Part shown: in pieces, positions 51,329-60,829 of the stretch
How the letters are laid out: every line of letters begins with the position of its first letter
Position numbering within the stretch: the first letter of the stretch is position 1
From: Rickettsiales bacterium
GTDB taxonomy: Bacteria > Pseudomonadota > Alphaproteobacteria > Rickettsiales > JALZUV01
Reading direction: 5' to 3'
Assembly (NCBI GenBank): GCA_023301245.1
Contig: JALZUV010000044.1
Location: 1-61,671 of the forward strand
Length of the DNA stretch: 61,671 nt
Made by a program: the position numbers and the translations under genes
The notes under the pieces: generated by a model
Seen by the model: only the letters and a program-made list of their open reading frames with translations
The model's database searches: none
Told to the model about the DNA's origin: nothing

Positions 51329-51844
51329 ATGGCCGACCTGCGTAAGAAGTGGGTTAACAGCAACATACCTATCAGGTCCCAGAGACTTACACTGCCCTCC
51401 TTCAAAGAGAATGGCCTAACTTTGCGGGAGTTCATTACGGGCGGAACCCTCGCCTCGTCAGCCTTAGAGGGTAAGGGACTTTGCTTGTGGGGCGACAGCC
51501 GAGAACGGTATGATATGTTCGGGGTCTTCGCTAAAGAACTTGTCATATTCGGCGTGTATGTTTATTACGCCACGCTGCACGATATTCACTTTGCCTTAGA
51601 GTACGGGGATAAGCTGGACACCTACCAGAACGTGCCACACCTTTGCATAGGACGCTGGGAGAAGGGATGCGAATTCCCGTACAGTAACTATCAGCGGGCA
51701 GCGATAGAGGCTTTCGTAGAACGTCGCAGTAATATGGCATTGCCTACACACTTCGATAGTATCCGCCCCCTCGGACAGAGCGAGTGGTGGTCCACAGATT
51801 TCAGCGGTCACCTCGATACGCAAACACATTCGTTTAAGGTTTAG
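51329..51844 (+). CDS. DnaC/IstB-like helicase-loader homologue with degenerate Walker motifs (alt. start 51188)
   Basis: GKGLCLWGDSRERYDMFGVFAKEL...HLCIGRWE...AIEAFVERRSNMALPTHFDS has a DnaC-like layout, but GxxGxGKT and DD are absent. Lies immediately upstream of DnaB. Confidence 0.35.
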   Translation: MADLRKKWVNSNIPIRSQRLTLPSFKENGLTLREFITGGTLASSALEGKGLCLWGDSRERYDMFGVFAKELVIFGVYVYYATLHDIHFALEYGDKLDTYQNVPHLCIGRWEKGCEFPYSNYQRAAIEAFVERRSNMALPTHFDSIRPLGQSEWWSTDFSGHLDTQTHSFKV

Positions 51845-51847
51845 ATA

Positions 51848-53170
51848 ATGGTTAAAAGAACCGACGCGGAACTATTCAGCGCACTCGTTACGCGTGGTAG
51901 TAAATCCGACGTACTCAAACTACCCGACGTACTCGTGATGGACCCTGACGCCAGAGAGATCATGCAATGGCTTAAGGCATACGTCACAGACTACCGACGT
52001 GTGCCGTCCGCTAAGATTATGAAACGACAGACGGGGTTTAAAGCCGTCGAGGTATCGGAGGGCGTCAGCTACTACCAAGACGAAGCTCGCAAACGTTTGC
52101 TATATACGGAATTCCTAGGACCGTTCGGCGACCTGCGAGATGCCATGGCGGACAAATCCCCTGAGGAAGTCGTCTTGCTAGCCCGCCAGATTATCGGGAT
52201 ATACCAAACCACAGCCGCCAGAGACGACGGGATAGCAGCCCTATACGACGTGGCCCGTGACGTTGTGGCGGATTATCATATCGCCCGACATACGGTAGGC
52301 TTACGGGGAACTTCCAGCGGTTGGACATGGATGGACGAACAAACAGACGGTTTCCAAAAGGGCGACCTCATAACATTCGTTGGTAGGCCGGGGGTAGGCA
52401 AGTCAACCTTGCTTCTATACACCGCACTGCACTCATGGTTATCAGGCAACTCGGTCCTATTCCTATCCATGGAGATGCCAGCCCTACAACTCGTGCGTCG
52501 TTTCATTGGTCTATGGACGGGTATCAACCCCCAGCTTATTAAGCGGGGTAGGCTATCTACGGACGCTAGGGACTTTATGACTAGCAGCATCGAAGGGATA
52601 CCTGACATGCCAGAGTTCCGTATCATGGCGGGTAACTTCCGTAAGTCGGTTGGGTCACTCCGCGCCGCTGCCGAAGAGATGGAACCCGACGAAATAGACG
52701 CAGACGCGTCCTACCTTATCCAGCCCGATAGCAAGGCCAACAACAAAGCGTCTCGTAGGGAAAACGCAGCGGACACCATTGAGGGTCTAAAAATGCTAGC
52801 ACTAGACTTGGACAGACCACTTAAGCAATCCGTACAGTTTAATCGCGCTGCCACTAAGCCCAAGTCATCTGGCACAGAGAACGCAAACCCCGTGGCACAT
52901 CTAGGACTAGACAAGATCGGTGAAACCGACGTCATCGGGCAATCATCGTCTATCGTAGTCGGTATCGAAACAGGCGACCCGCCGCATGCTCACTCAGAAA
53001 GATACCTCGGAATTCTCAAAGGAAGGGAAGGAGAATTCGGTTGGATGAAAATTAACTACCAATTCCAGCCTGCAAACTTTTCGCAGATTACGACAAGCGC
53101 AGAAGCTAATCGACCTGCATTAACTGGGACCCGTCCCGTAGACCTCTCACACATGGACAGCGTAGCATAA
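51848..53170 (+). CDS. dnaB: replicative DNA helicase (DnaB family)
   Basis: Walker A FVGRPGVGKSTLLLYTA, then VLFLSMEMPALQLVRRFIG, a RecA-like C-terminal domain, and an N-terminal helical domain. Confidence 0.85.
   Translation: MVKRTDAELFSALVTRGSKSDVLKLPDVLVMDPDAREIMQWLKAYVTDYRRVPSAKIMKRQTGFKAVEVSEGVSYYQDEARKRLLYTEFLGPFGDLRDAMADKSPEEVVLLARQIIGIYQTTAARDDGIAALYDVARDVVADYHIARHTVGLRGTSSGWTWMDEQTDGFQKGDLITFVGRPGVGKSTLLLYTALHSWLSGNSVLFLSMEMPALQLVRRFIGLWTGINPQLIKRGRLSTDARDFMTSSIEGIPDMPEFRIMAGNFRKSVGSLRAAAEEMEPDEIDADASYLIQPDSKANNKASRRENAADTIEGLKMLALDLDRPLKQSVQFNRAATKPKSSGTENANPVAHLGLDKIGETDVIGQSSSIVVGIETGDPPHAHSERYLGILKGREGEFGWMKINYQFQPANFSQITTSAEANRPALTGTRPVDLSHMDSVA
52089..52100. repeat. palindrome copy 23 (DnaB; RKRL)
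   Basis: Exact match. Confidence 0.95.
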
Positions 53171-55938
53171 TGACAAAACGTAAAGTAAAAAAAGATAAGC
53201 GCGGTTCCAAGAAAATGCCTGAGGGTGTTTTGTGGTTCGGGGACTTGAACGCTAATACAGTATTCGTAGTGGATACCATCGTAGGGCGGGAAGAGGACGG
53301 CGACGAAGCACCTAAGACAACCAAACCCCTCAGTAAAGCGAACTTGTCTTTCTTCTCGCGCTTCCTAAAAGAGGCCAAGATTAAAAAGTCGGACCTCGCC
53401 ATCGTGTGTTGCGCACCGCCTGTAACTGCGGACATGTGGCAACGGGGCAAAGCCATGGGGGACCATCTCAAAGCTCATAGAGCCGCATTCGTAGAAGCCA
53501 TAGAGCTAATAGACCCCAAGCTTATCGTACCCATGGGAAAGTACCCAGCCACGCAAGTCGCGGGACGTTCAGTTGCCATCACCAAAGTACGGGGACTACC
53601 AACACACAACGAAGCGTGGAACCGCGTTGTCATGCCAGCCTTCGGCGTTAACCACGTCCGACGTATCCCAGACAATGAAGCCCTATTCCGTAACGACATG
53701 TTGACCGTGGGAAATCTCGTATCGACAAACTACAGCATCGACTACGAAGAAGAGATCGAAACGGATTACAGGTATTGCACGGACATCAGCTTCTTACTGA
53801 AAAACCCACCCAAGGACCTATGCGTAGATTGCGAGTGGACGGGGGGTGAATGGTTCCAGCCCAAGTCAAAACTCCTAACGGTACAGCTCACATGGGAAGA
53901 AGGGAAAGCCGTCTCCATACCTATCAACTACCCACGCTACGAACGGGAAGTACAGAAGCTTACCAAGAAAGATAAAGCCCGTATCAAGGCACAGCTCAAA
54001 AAACTGCTAGAGAACAAAAAGGTTCGAGTGTTCGGGCATAACTACAAGGCCGATTATTTATACCTACTAGGCAAGCTAGGTATAGACACCGCCACATTCT
54101 CAGACGACACAATGCTCATGGTGCATATGCACGACGAGAACATGCTCTCCAAATCTTTGACAGATTGCATACGACGTTTCGTGCCAGCCATGTCGGGCTA
54201 CTCTGATGACTTTGACCGAGACCCTATCCATCAAGGTAAATCCCGTATGGACCTCGTGGACCCACAAGACATGATGATGTACGGCTGTGGCGATACGGAT
54301 GCGACCTTCCGACTGTGGGCGCACATGCGGGCCTTGCTTAAAAAGGACAAGAACCTCTACCGCTGCTATAAGCGTGTAAAGATGCCAGCCACCCGCTCGT
54401 TCTGTAAGATTGAACAATCAGGCTTCGACGTTAGCAAACGTTTGCTAAGTACATTCGAGACGAAAATTAGGAAGCATCAAAACGCAGAATATGCGCGTCT
54501 AGTCGCCATGGTTCCTTCTCACATACGTAAGGAATACCTAGAAGACAGCGGCAACCCCTCTATCACTCGTGGGGCCTTCCTTATCAGGTTCCTATTCGGT
54601 AAAAAGAGCACGGGGGGCCTAGGATTTAAGCCACGCGTATTCACTAAGTCTACCAAGATGCTCAAAGATAAAAACATGCGCGTGCCGTCTACATCAACTA
54701 AAGACCACTTCCCGTACTTTCTAGGGGAGCACCCTTTCATCGAAGGCATTATTGACTTCGTTAAGAACGAGAAAATGCTAGGCACGTACGTCGGCAGTGA
54801 GAGGGACAATACAGGCTTCTACAAATACATCTTTGACGATAAAATTAGACCTTCCTACCTCCTGCATCGCACAGTCACGGGCCGTACAGCGTCCGCTAAT
54901 CCGAACGGGCAGAACTTCCCTAAACGCGGCATGTTCGCAAAAGATTATCGCAAAATCTTTATTGCGCCACGCGGCTATTGTCTAGTCGAGGTCGATTACT
55001 CACAAGTAGAACTACGTATCGCGGCCATGATGGCAAACGAACCGACCATGCTGGAAATCTATGCAAGGAACGGGGACATTCATGCGGCAACCGCTGCGAA
55101 AACCATGGGCGTAACCCTCGAAGAGTTTATGAAGCTGCCGAAGAAAGAGCGGGGCTTCAAACGGTTCCAAGCCAAGGCGATTAACTTCGGCTTCCTATAC
55201 GGCATGTGGTGGAAATCATTTATTGTGTACGCCAAGACGGACTACGGTATCGACTTCACGGAAGAGGAAGCACAGAAAATCCGTAATGACTTCTTCGACC
55301 TCTATAAGAACCTAGAGCCATGGCATGCGGCGGTTAAAGACTTCGTGAACACCAATGGTTACGTTAAATCTTATGACGGCGGTATCCGTCACTTGCCTAA
55401 CATCTTCTCGCCAGAGCAAAGCATCGCTAAGATGGCCGAGCGCCAAGCGGTTAACTCGCCTGTCCAAGCCCAAGCGTCTAACCTTGGCCTAATAGCCATG
55501 GCCCGCATACAGCGCTATGTCGACCCTGAGCTTGTGGACATCAAAGGGTTCATCCATGATGCGCTTATCTGCCTCGTACCCGAGGACAGAGCCATAGAAG
55601 CTATCCTTGAGATCAAAAAGCAAATGGAGAACTTGCCCCTCAAAGAGATGTTCGGATGGCAACCAAGTATCCCACTTATGGCGGAAGCAGAAATCGGCAA
55701 GAACCTTTCCCAAATGGTCGAGGTCGAGCATAGCTGGTACAAGGACAAGAACATCAAAAGCTATCAGGACATACTCATAGCCGAGTGGAAAGCTGAGTGC
55801 GACGAAGCTAAGGCCGAGGGTAAGCGACCACCTCGTATGCCTAAGGTATTAGTGGACGGATATAAGCACCCAGAACCCGAACGGACTGTTAAGCCGAAAC
55901 AAGTAAAACGAAGGAAAAGGAAGCTCGTTCTCGCTTGA
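53170..55938 (+). CDS. polA: family A DNA polymerase with N-terminal UDG-like domain and 3'-5' exonuclease
   Basis: Exo I VDCEWTG, Exo II HNYKADYLYL, Exo III YGCGDTDATFRL. Pol motif A LVEVDYSQVELRIAA, motif B RFQAKAINFGFLYGM, motif C GFIHDALI. The first ~190 aa are family-4 UDG-like. Confidence 0.95.
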   Translation: MTKRKVKKDKRGSKKMPEGVLWFGDLNANTVFVVDTIVGREEDGDEAPKTTKPLSKANLSFFSRFLKEAKIKKSDLAIVCCAPPVTADMWQRGKAMGDHLKAHRAAFVEAIELIDPKLIVPMGKYPATQVAGRSVAITKVRGLPTHNEAWNRVVMPAFGVNHVRRIPDNEALFRNDMLTVGNLVSTNYSIDYEEEIETDYRYCTDISFLLKNPPKDLCVDCEWTGGEWFQPKSKLLTVQLTWEEGKAVSIPINYPRYEREVQKLTKKDKARIKAQLKKLLENKKVRVFGHNYKADYLYLLGKLGIDTATFSDDTMLMVHMHDENMLSKSLTDCIRRFVPAMSGYSDDFDRDPIHQGKSRMDLVDPQDMMMYGCGDTDATFRLWAHMRALLKKDKNLYRCYKRVKMPATRSFCKIEQSGFDVSKRLLSTFETKIRKHQNAEYARLVAMVPSHIRKEYLEDSGNPSITRGAFLIRFLFGKKSTGGLGFKPRVFTKSTKMLKDKNMRVPSTSTKDHFPYFLGEHPFIEGIIDFVKNEKMLGTYVGSERDNTGFYKYIFDDKIRPSYLLHRTVTGRTASANPNGQNFPKRGMFAKDYRKIFIAPRGYCLVEVDYSQVELRIAAMMANEPTMLEIYARNGDIHAATAAKTMGVTLEEFMKLPKKERGFKRFQAKAINFGFLYGMWWKSFIVYAKTDYGIDFTEEEAQKIRNDFFDLYKNLEPWHAAVKDFVNTNGYVKSYDGGIRHLPNIFSPEQSIAKMAERQAVNSPVQAQASNLGLIAMARIQRYVDPELVDIKGFIHDALICLVPEDRAIEAILEIKKQMENLPLKEMFGWQPSIPLMAEAEIGKNLSQMVEVEHSWYKDKNIKSYQDILIAEWKAECDEAKAEGKRPPRMPKVLVDGYKHPEPERTVKPKQVKRRKRKLVLA
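54434..54445. repeat. palindrome copy 24 (PolA; SKRLL)
   Basis: Exact match; 18-bp palindrome TTAGCAAACGTTTGCTAA. Confidence 0.95.
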
Positions 55939-55987
55939 CCTACCCCCTCGTAAATCGTACTATAAAACAACACTTAGGAAACCCAAC

Positions 55988-56605
55988 ATGGCTATCAAAA
56001 AGCGCAAACCTAAAAAGAAAATTCAGGGCATAGCTGCCCTAAGGGATAAGCATGCCGAGGGTACTATCCATCGCGTAGTGGTTGAACTCGACGAATTCAA
56101 ACGACTTGACGTTATCGGCAAAGAACACAGCAACGCCGCGTCCCGACAAGGCACAGCGTTAAAAAAAGCGTACAAGGCCCTCGCCAAATCCGAAGAGCTA
56201 AAACCTACGGACGAAGTTTACATCGACGGCAAGGCTTGGCGTATGGGCGTAACGGAGGGGGAAGTCATCGACGTCCACGCCCTCTACCAACTCCTGCTAG
56301 ACGAAGAGATTACGGAAGAGAAATTCCTAGCCTGCATTTCTGCTACCAAGACTGACGTTAAGCGAGAAATCGGCGCTGACTACACGATAACCCTAACCAA
56401 GGAAGTAAAAGGCAATACGGTTGACGTACGAAAACGCAACCTAACTCAGGACGAGATTGCTCAGCACGAAGACGTGACTATTGTCCGTAAACACGTCGAG
56501 AAGAAAAAAGCCAAGAAACCCAGAACGGCCAAACAATCTACCCCACACGAGAAGGCAAAGCGGCTGGCGGGCAACCGAACCCGCCACCGTTTAGTTAAAA
56601 ACTAA
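55988..56605 (+). CDS. hypothetical protein with polybasic N- and C-termini
   Basis: MAIKKRKPKKK... at the N-terminus and ...EKKKAKKPRTAKQ...NRTRHRLVKN at the C-terminus. Confidence 0.5.
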   Translation: MAIKKRKPKKKIQGIAALRDKHAEGTIHRVVVELDEFKRLDVIGKEHSNAASRQGTALKKAYKALAKSEELKPTDEVYIDGKAWRMGVTEGEVIDVHALYQLLLDEEITEEKFLACISATKTDVKREIGADYTITLTKEVKGNTVDVRKRNLTQDEIAQHEDVTIVRKHVEKKKAKKPRTAKQSTPHEKAKRLAGNRTRHRLVKN

Positions 56606-57096
56606 TGAGCGATAAACCCGACCTGTCCGTTATGTTTTCCGATGCGTTCGCTGACGACGCAGAAGTTCCCATAAATATAAACTTGCCAGCGATAGGCACA
56701 AGCCACGTCATAGGCTATCTAACCGATGACGAGATCGCAGCTTTCAAAGATATCATGGCGTCAATGGACACTATAGAAACTTTGCTGGACGAACTAGACG
56801 ATACTGAGGCCGCAATGTATAACCGTCTTGTGTCCAGCCCGCCCCCTGCGGAGATAGGCACAGCCCTGATACACCTTATGGGACGGAACCCCCAAGAGTA
56901 TGCCCGCGTCATATCTTGTAAGGACCGCGTTATCGCCGCCAAGGAGGCCGCAGCAAAGCACACCATGCTCTACTCCGTGTTTTGGTATCAGCTTCGCAAA
57001 CGTTTGCAAAACGTTAAAAACTCTAGCCTCACTATTCGGGAAGGCTACACTATCTGCGACGTCGGCCCATGGATAAAACTGTCGAAAGACTTCTAA
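56605..57096 (+). CDS. hypothetical acidic protein
   Basis: 163 aa. ATG overlaps the previous stop. Confidence 0.5.
   Translation: MSDKPDLSVMFSDAFADDAEVPININLPAIGTSHVIGYLTDDEIAAFKDIMASMDTIETLLDELDDTEAAMYNRLVSSPPPAEIGTALIHLMGRNPQEYARVISCKDRVIAAKEAAAKHTMLYSVFWYQLRKRLQNVKNSSLTIREGYTICDVGPWIKLSKDF
56996..57007. repeat. palindrome copy 25 (in CDS; RKRLQ)
   Basis: Exact match. Confidence 0.95.
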
Positions 57097-57097
57097 C

Positions 57098-58273
57098 GTG
57101 GATAAGAAAAGCGTATATAAATACCTTAGCTTACTAAACGTTGACGTACCACGGAATGCACAGGGGATACACGGCTGGGTTATGGCCCGCTGCCCCTTAG
57201 CTCCTTGGACACACGGCAAAGGCTACGATAAGCTCCCCTCGTTCGGCGTAAGCATAAACGATAAAGGGAAGTCGGGTTACAACTGTTTCGGTTGTAAACA
57301 TAAAGGAACCTTGGCGGGCCTCGCCTTTAAGATGGCCCACTACACAGACGACACCGACCTGAAAGACGTTGGACGACAAATAGAGCGAACCGAAATAATT
57401 GGTATGCCTGACCTACCAGAATGGGACGAGGACGATGACGACACAGAAGAGAACGAGACGCGCACCCGTAAAGCGCCCAAGCCTAAAGAAGGAAACGCCT
57501 TCCGAGAGTATCCGCCCTTCTACTACGACAACCGTGCCATCCAGTACCTCCGTGACATCAGGGGCCTCGGCTTCACAGACGCGTGTAAGCTTGGTCTTCG
57601 ATGGGATAGACGACAACATAGAGTCCTATTTCCTGTTTATGACCACTGGACGGGAGCCTTTGAGGGTTTTACAGGTCGAAGCATCTACAATACTAGCGAA
57701 CTCGAAGAGCTATCCGAACGGCGCGGGCGGAATATCCCGAAGATCAGAGATTACCTTGGACTTAACAAACGAGAATTGCTTCTTGGAAGTCGAAGAGGTA
57801 GAGCACTTAATGGACACGATGGATGTAAGCACGATGGGCGGTTACACACAACAGAGACCCGTTTCGCGAGAGGTACGATTATCGTTGAAGGCCTATTTGC
57901 CTTCGCAAGGGTCAAGTCCTATATTGAACTTCATAAGCGCTATGCGTGGGCAGATACATCGGATGCAAAATCATTTCCGATAGAGGTCCGTGCATTACTT
58001 GGGTCTGAGTTAACGGAAGAGAAAGCAAATATCCTCGACAGAATAGACGCCCCTATCTACTGGATGACGGACGACGACTTAGCGGGCGAAACCTGCCTAC
58101 AAGGCGTATGGAACAAAGACCTCGACCAATTCGACGGCGGGGGAGCACTTGACAAATTCTATGGCGTTCTCCCCCAATTTAGGTTACAGTACCCTAAGGG
58201 CATCGACGACCCTGACGACTTATCGTTTCGTCAGTATTCTAAGATGCTTAGGAAAGCTAAACTGCACACGTAA
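57098..58273 (+). CDS. dnaG: DnaG-type DNA primase (zinc finger + TOPRIM)
   Basis: CPLAPWTHGKGYDKLPSFGVS...YNCFGCKHKG is a CHC2-type zinc finger. TOPRIM-like IIVEGLF and WMTDDDLAGE. GTG start 1 nt after the previous stop codon. Confidence 0.7.
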   Translation: MDKKSVYKYLSLLNVDVPRNAQGIHGWVMARCPLAPWTHGKGYDKLPSFGVSINDKGKSGYNCFGCKHKGTLAGLAFKMAHYTDDTDLKDVGRQIERTEIIGMPDLPEWDEDDDDTEENETRTRKAPKPKEGNAFREYPPFYYDNRAIQYLRDIRGLGFTDACKLGLRWDRRQHRVLFPVYDHWTGAFEGFTGRSIYNTSELEELSERRGRNIPKIRDYLGLNKRELLLGSRRGRALNGHDGCKHDGRLHTTETRFARGTIIVEGLFAFARVKSYIELHKRYAWADTSDAKSFPIEVRALLGSELTEEKANILDRIDAPIYWMTDDDLAGETCLQGVWNKDLDQFDGGGALDKFYGVLPQFRLQYPKGIDDPDDLSFRQYSKMLRKAKLHT

Positions 58274-58291
58274 AACATATAGGAAACCGTA

Positions 58292-59188
58292 ATGGCCATT
58301 AAGAAACGCCCATCGTCTAAAGCCGCTCTAAAGAGCAAATCGTCCAAGCGAAAAAAGCCTAAGGTCGAAGAAGAGGACGTAAAGTCCAAAAAGAAAAAGC
58401 CCAAAAAGTCCAAGGACAAATCAGCGAAGTCCCGCAAGGACAGTAAATCCCCAAAGCGTTCGCGCGGCTCCAAAGACAGCCCATTCGGCGGCGCTCGTAA
58501 AGAGAAAGCCCGCAGAGATAAAGAGCGAGAAACACGCAACAACAAACCGTTCGACTTCTACATAAAGGACGGAGAAAAAGCCAAGTATTACATCCTCGAC
58601 GATGGCGAGCCTTACACAGGGTACGAACATAGTCGGTATAATCCGAACCTACGCAAAGGTGCACGTCAGCAAGACCCAGTACCTTGTATCAAGGAGCGGG
58701 ATATCTGCCCCGCTTGTGAAGCGGACGGTAAAGAGGGTTACTGGTTCATGGCGGTTACTGTCGTTGTCGTATCTGCCACGGGCATGGATAGTAAATACAA
58801 ATACCGCAAAAAGCTTATGAAGATTAAGTCCGGCTCGGCCCCCAAGTTCGAACGCTTGTATGCCAAGAAAGGAAGCTTCCGTGGTATGATGCTAGAGGTC
58901 GCGCGTGACGGTGATAAGTCACCGAGTATCGGCAACGACATCGACTTCGTGGAATTCCTCTCCGAAGCTAAGATGAAAAAGCTTGCAGCCAAATACAACG
59001 TTAAGGACAAAAAGGGCAACGTTGTATCGGACATCACAAAAGCTACTGATTACAAGAAAGCTTTCCCTAAGCTTTCCCGTAAGGAACTTGAAAAACTTTA
59101 TGGCCGTACAAGCGGCGGAGCTTTGGGTGAAGAGGACTTCGGCGACGACGAAGACGACGACGATTACGCCCTCGACCTTGACGATTAA
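58292..59188 (+). CDS. putative ssDNA-binding protein (gp32-like layout) with ~85-aa polybasic N-terminal extension and acidic C-tail
   Basis: FYIKDGEKAKYYIL...YEHSRY...PCIKERDICPACEADGKEGYWFMAVTVVVV resembles the T4 gp32 His/Cys3 Zn region. The tail EEDFGDDEDDDDYALDLDD is typical of phage SSBs. Confidence 0.45.
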   Translation: MAIKKRPSSKAALKSKSSKRKKPKVEEEDVKSKKKKPKKSKDKSAKSRKDSKSPKRSRGSKDSPFGGARKEKARRDKERETRNNKPFDFYIKDGEKAKYYILDDGEPYTGYEHSRYNPNLRKGARQQDPVPCIKERDICPACEADGKEGYWFMAVTVVVVSATGMDSKYKYRKKLMKIKSGSAPKFERLYAKKGSFRGMMLEVARDGDKSPSIGNDIDFVEFLSEAKMKKLAAKYNVKDKKGNVVSDITKATDYKKAFPKLSRKELEKLYGRTSGGALGEEDFGDDEDDDDYALDLDD

Positions 59189-59194
59189 CGTGCA

Positions 59195-60829
59195 GTGAAG
59201 CCGTCAATACAATACCACCCGACGAAGCGGGGCAGGTTGCCTATAGTTAGCTCTATGGTCTACCTGCCTTGTAGTCATGTCCGTAACATCCCCGAGCTTA
59301 TAAAATACCTAACGGTAGAGTATAACCCAAACGTGGACGGACAGGACGGGGAGCCTGAGTATATCCGACTGTATGACCTCCAAACACACAAAGGCTATAT
59401 AGGCTTGCCTAGAGCTTTCGCTACAGAGCAGCTTAGCAAACGTTTGCTTCATTACATGGACCACACGATTAAGCCCACAAAGAAATTCAAATACCCTGCC
59501 AAGATTACGCCACGCGATAAGCAACAGGCGGAATTCATGGAAGACCTGCAACGGGCTTGCACCGAGCATAAACTAGGTGCCGTGGACTTTAGCGCTAAAG
59601 CCAAGACGGGCGCGGGTAAAACAGTCTCACTACTCAAAACGATAGCTGACATGGGCATAGGCCCCGTTCTATTCCTCGTGCATATCAACAGCCTTAAACG
59701 ACAATGGGTTGGGGACGTTAAAAAGAAAAATGGTATCAAGTATTTTTTCGGTAAAAAGTGGACCAAGAAAAACGTAGGTATCGTACAGCAAGACATTTGT
59801 GATTATAAAGGAAAAAGCTTGGTAGTCGGTATGCTACCATCTATAGCGAGAAGAGATTATGGCGAAGATTTTTACAATAACTTTACTGCTGTGTTTTGGG
59901 ATGAATTACACAAATCCGCAGCCCCTATGCTATCTAAGACGCTATCAATGTTCCCAGCGGCAATACGCGGCGGTGTTACGGCTACACCGAGAGAGGGCGC
60001 TTTATCGCGGGTCACAAATACCCACCTAGGCTCTGTATCTATAATCTCCGAACAGGACGTAATGTCGCCTAAGGTTATCCGTGTACGCCTAAAGCCGTCA
60101 GAGCCTACGAAGCTCAACACCTTCAACAAGTATACGATAATAACATCCCTCACACGCTGGGACGCCCGACAAAAGCTACTCACCAAGATCATAAAGAAAC
60201 ATGGATACGATAATGGCCGACAGGTTCTAGCCTTATCTGATAGGACAGCCCAGCTAGCGGATATTCGACGCAGGCTTATTGCGCAGGGCGTACCACAAAG
60301 CGAGATAGGTCTATACGTGGGGTCCTATGATACGGGAAACTATATCGTCAGACGGCGGGGACCAGACAGTAGCCGTCACATAAAGGTTAAAGACGAAAGC
60401 TTCACAAGCAAGTACAAGGCCCAAAAGTATATAAAAGCACAAGACGACGATGCCGATTATATTATAGACAACGAAATACACTCTCCGAGCATTAAAGAGC
60501 TTGAACGTATATCTAAAAGATGCTCTATAGTTTTGGCCACCTATGGCATATTCGATACAGGCGTCGATATACCTAGACTGGACATGGGGGTAGAATGCAG
60601 CCCCCGTGGAAACGTAACGCAAGCGCTTGGACGGGTCCTACGCCTGCTAAAAGGAAAGGATACACCTACTTGGTGGACTATAGACGACGTTCTACATACT
60701 CTGGACGACAAAGGTGCCGTAGAGTGGTTCGAACAGTTTATACAAGCCAGTAATGCACGTACGAGGTCTTATACAGAGCAGAAAGCTGAAATCTCTCGTA
60801 CTTCGGTGAAAATAAAGAACAATGACTAA
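59195..60829 (+). CDS. superfamily 2 (DEAD/DEAH-like) helicase
   Basis: Motif I AKTGAGKT, motif II WDELH, motif III VTATP, motif V ATYGIFDTGVDIP, motif VI QALGRVLR. GTG start (uncertain). Confidence 0.8.
   Translation: MKPSIQYHPTKRGRLPIVSSMVYLPCSHVRNIPELIKYLTVEYNPNVDGQDGEPEYIRLYDLQTHKGYIGLPRAFATEQLSKRLLHYMDHTIKPTKKFKYPAKITPRDKQQAEFMEDLQRACTEHKLGAVDFSAKAKTGAGKTVSLLKTIADMGIGPVLFLVHINSLKRQWVGDVKKKNGIKYFFGKKWTKKNVGIVQQDICDYKGKSLVVGMLPSIARRDYGEDFYNNFTAVFWDELHKSAAPMLSKTLSMFPAAIRGGVTATPREGALSRVTNTHLGSVSIISEQDVMSPKVIRVRLKPSEPTKLNTFNKYTIITSLTRWDARQKLLTKIIKKHGYDNGRQVLALSDRTAQLADIRRRLIAQGVPQSEIGLYVGSYDTGNYIVRRRGPDSSRHIKVKDESFTSKYKAQKYIKAQDDDADYIIDNEIHSPSIKELERISKRCSIVLATYGIFDTGVDIPRLDMGVECSPRGNVTQALGRVLRLLKGKDTPTWWTIDDVLHTLDDKGAVEWFEQFIQASNARTRSYTEQKAEISRTSVKIKNND
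59436..59447. repeat. palindrome copy 26 (SF2 helicase; SKRLL)
   Basis: Exact match. Confidence 0.95.

Noticed and set aside
55935-55966. TTGACC ... TATAAA as a promoter upstream of 55988.
   Set aside because: The 20-nt spacer is outside the usual 16-19-nt range, so I did not call it.
52089-59447. The palindrome copies in dnaB and in the SF2 helicase gene both lie exactly 241 nt after the respective start codons.
   Set aside because: Only two cases, and the helicase start (GTG 59195) is itself uncertain. I treat this as coincidence.
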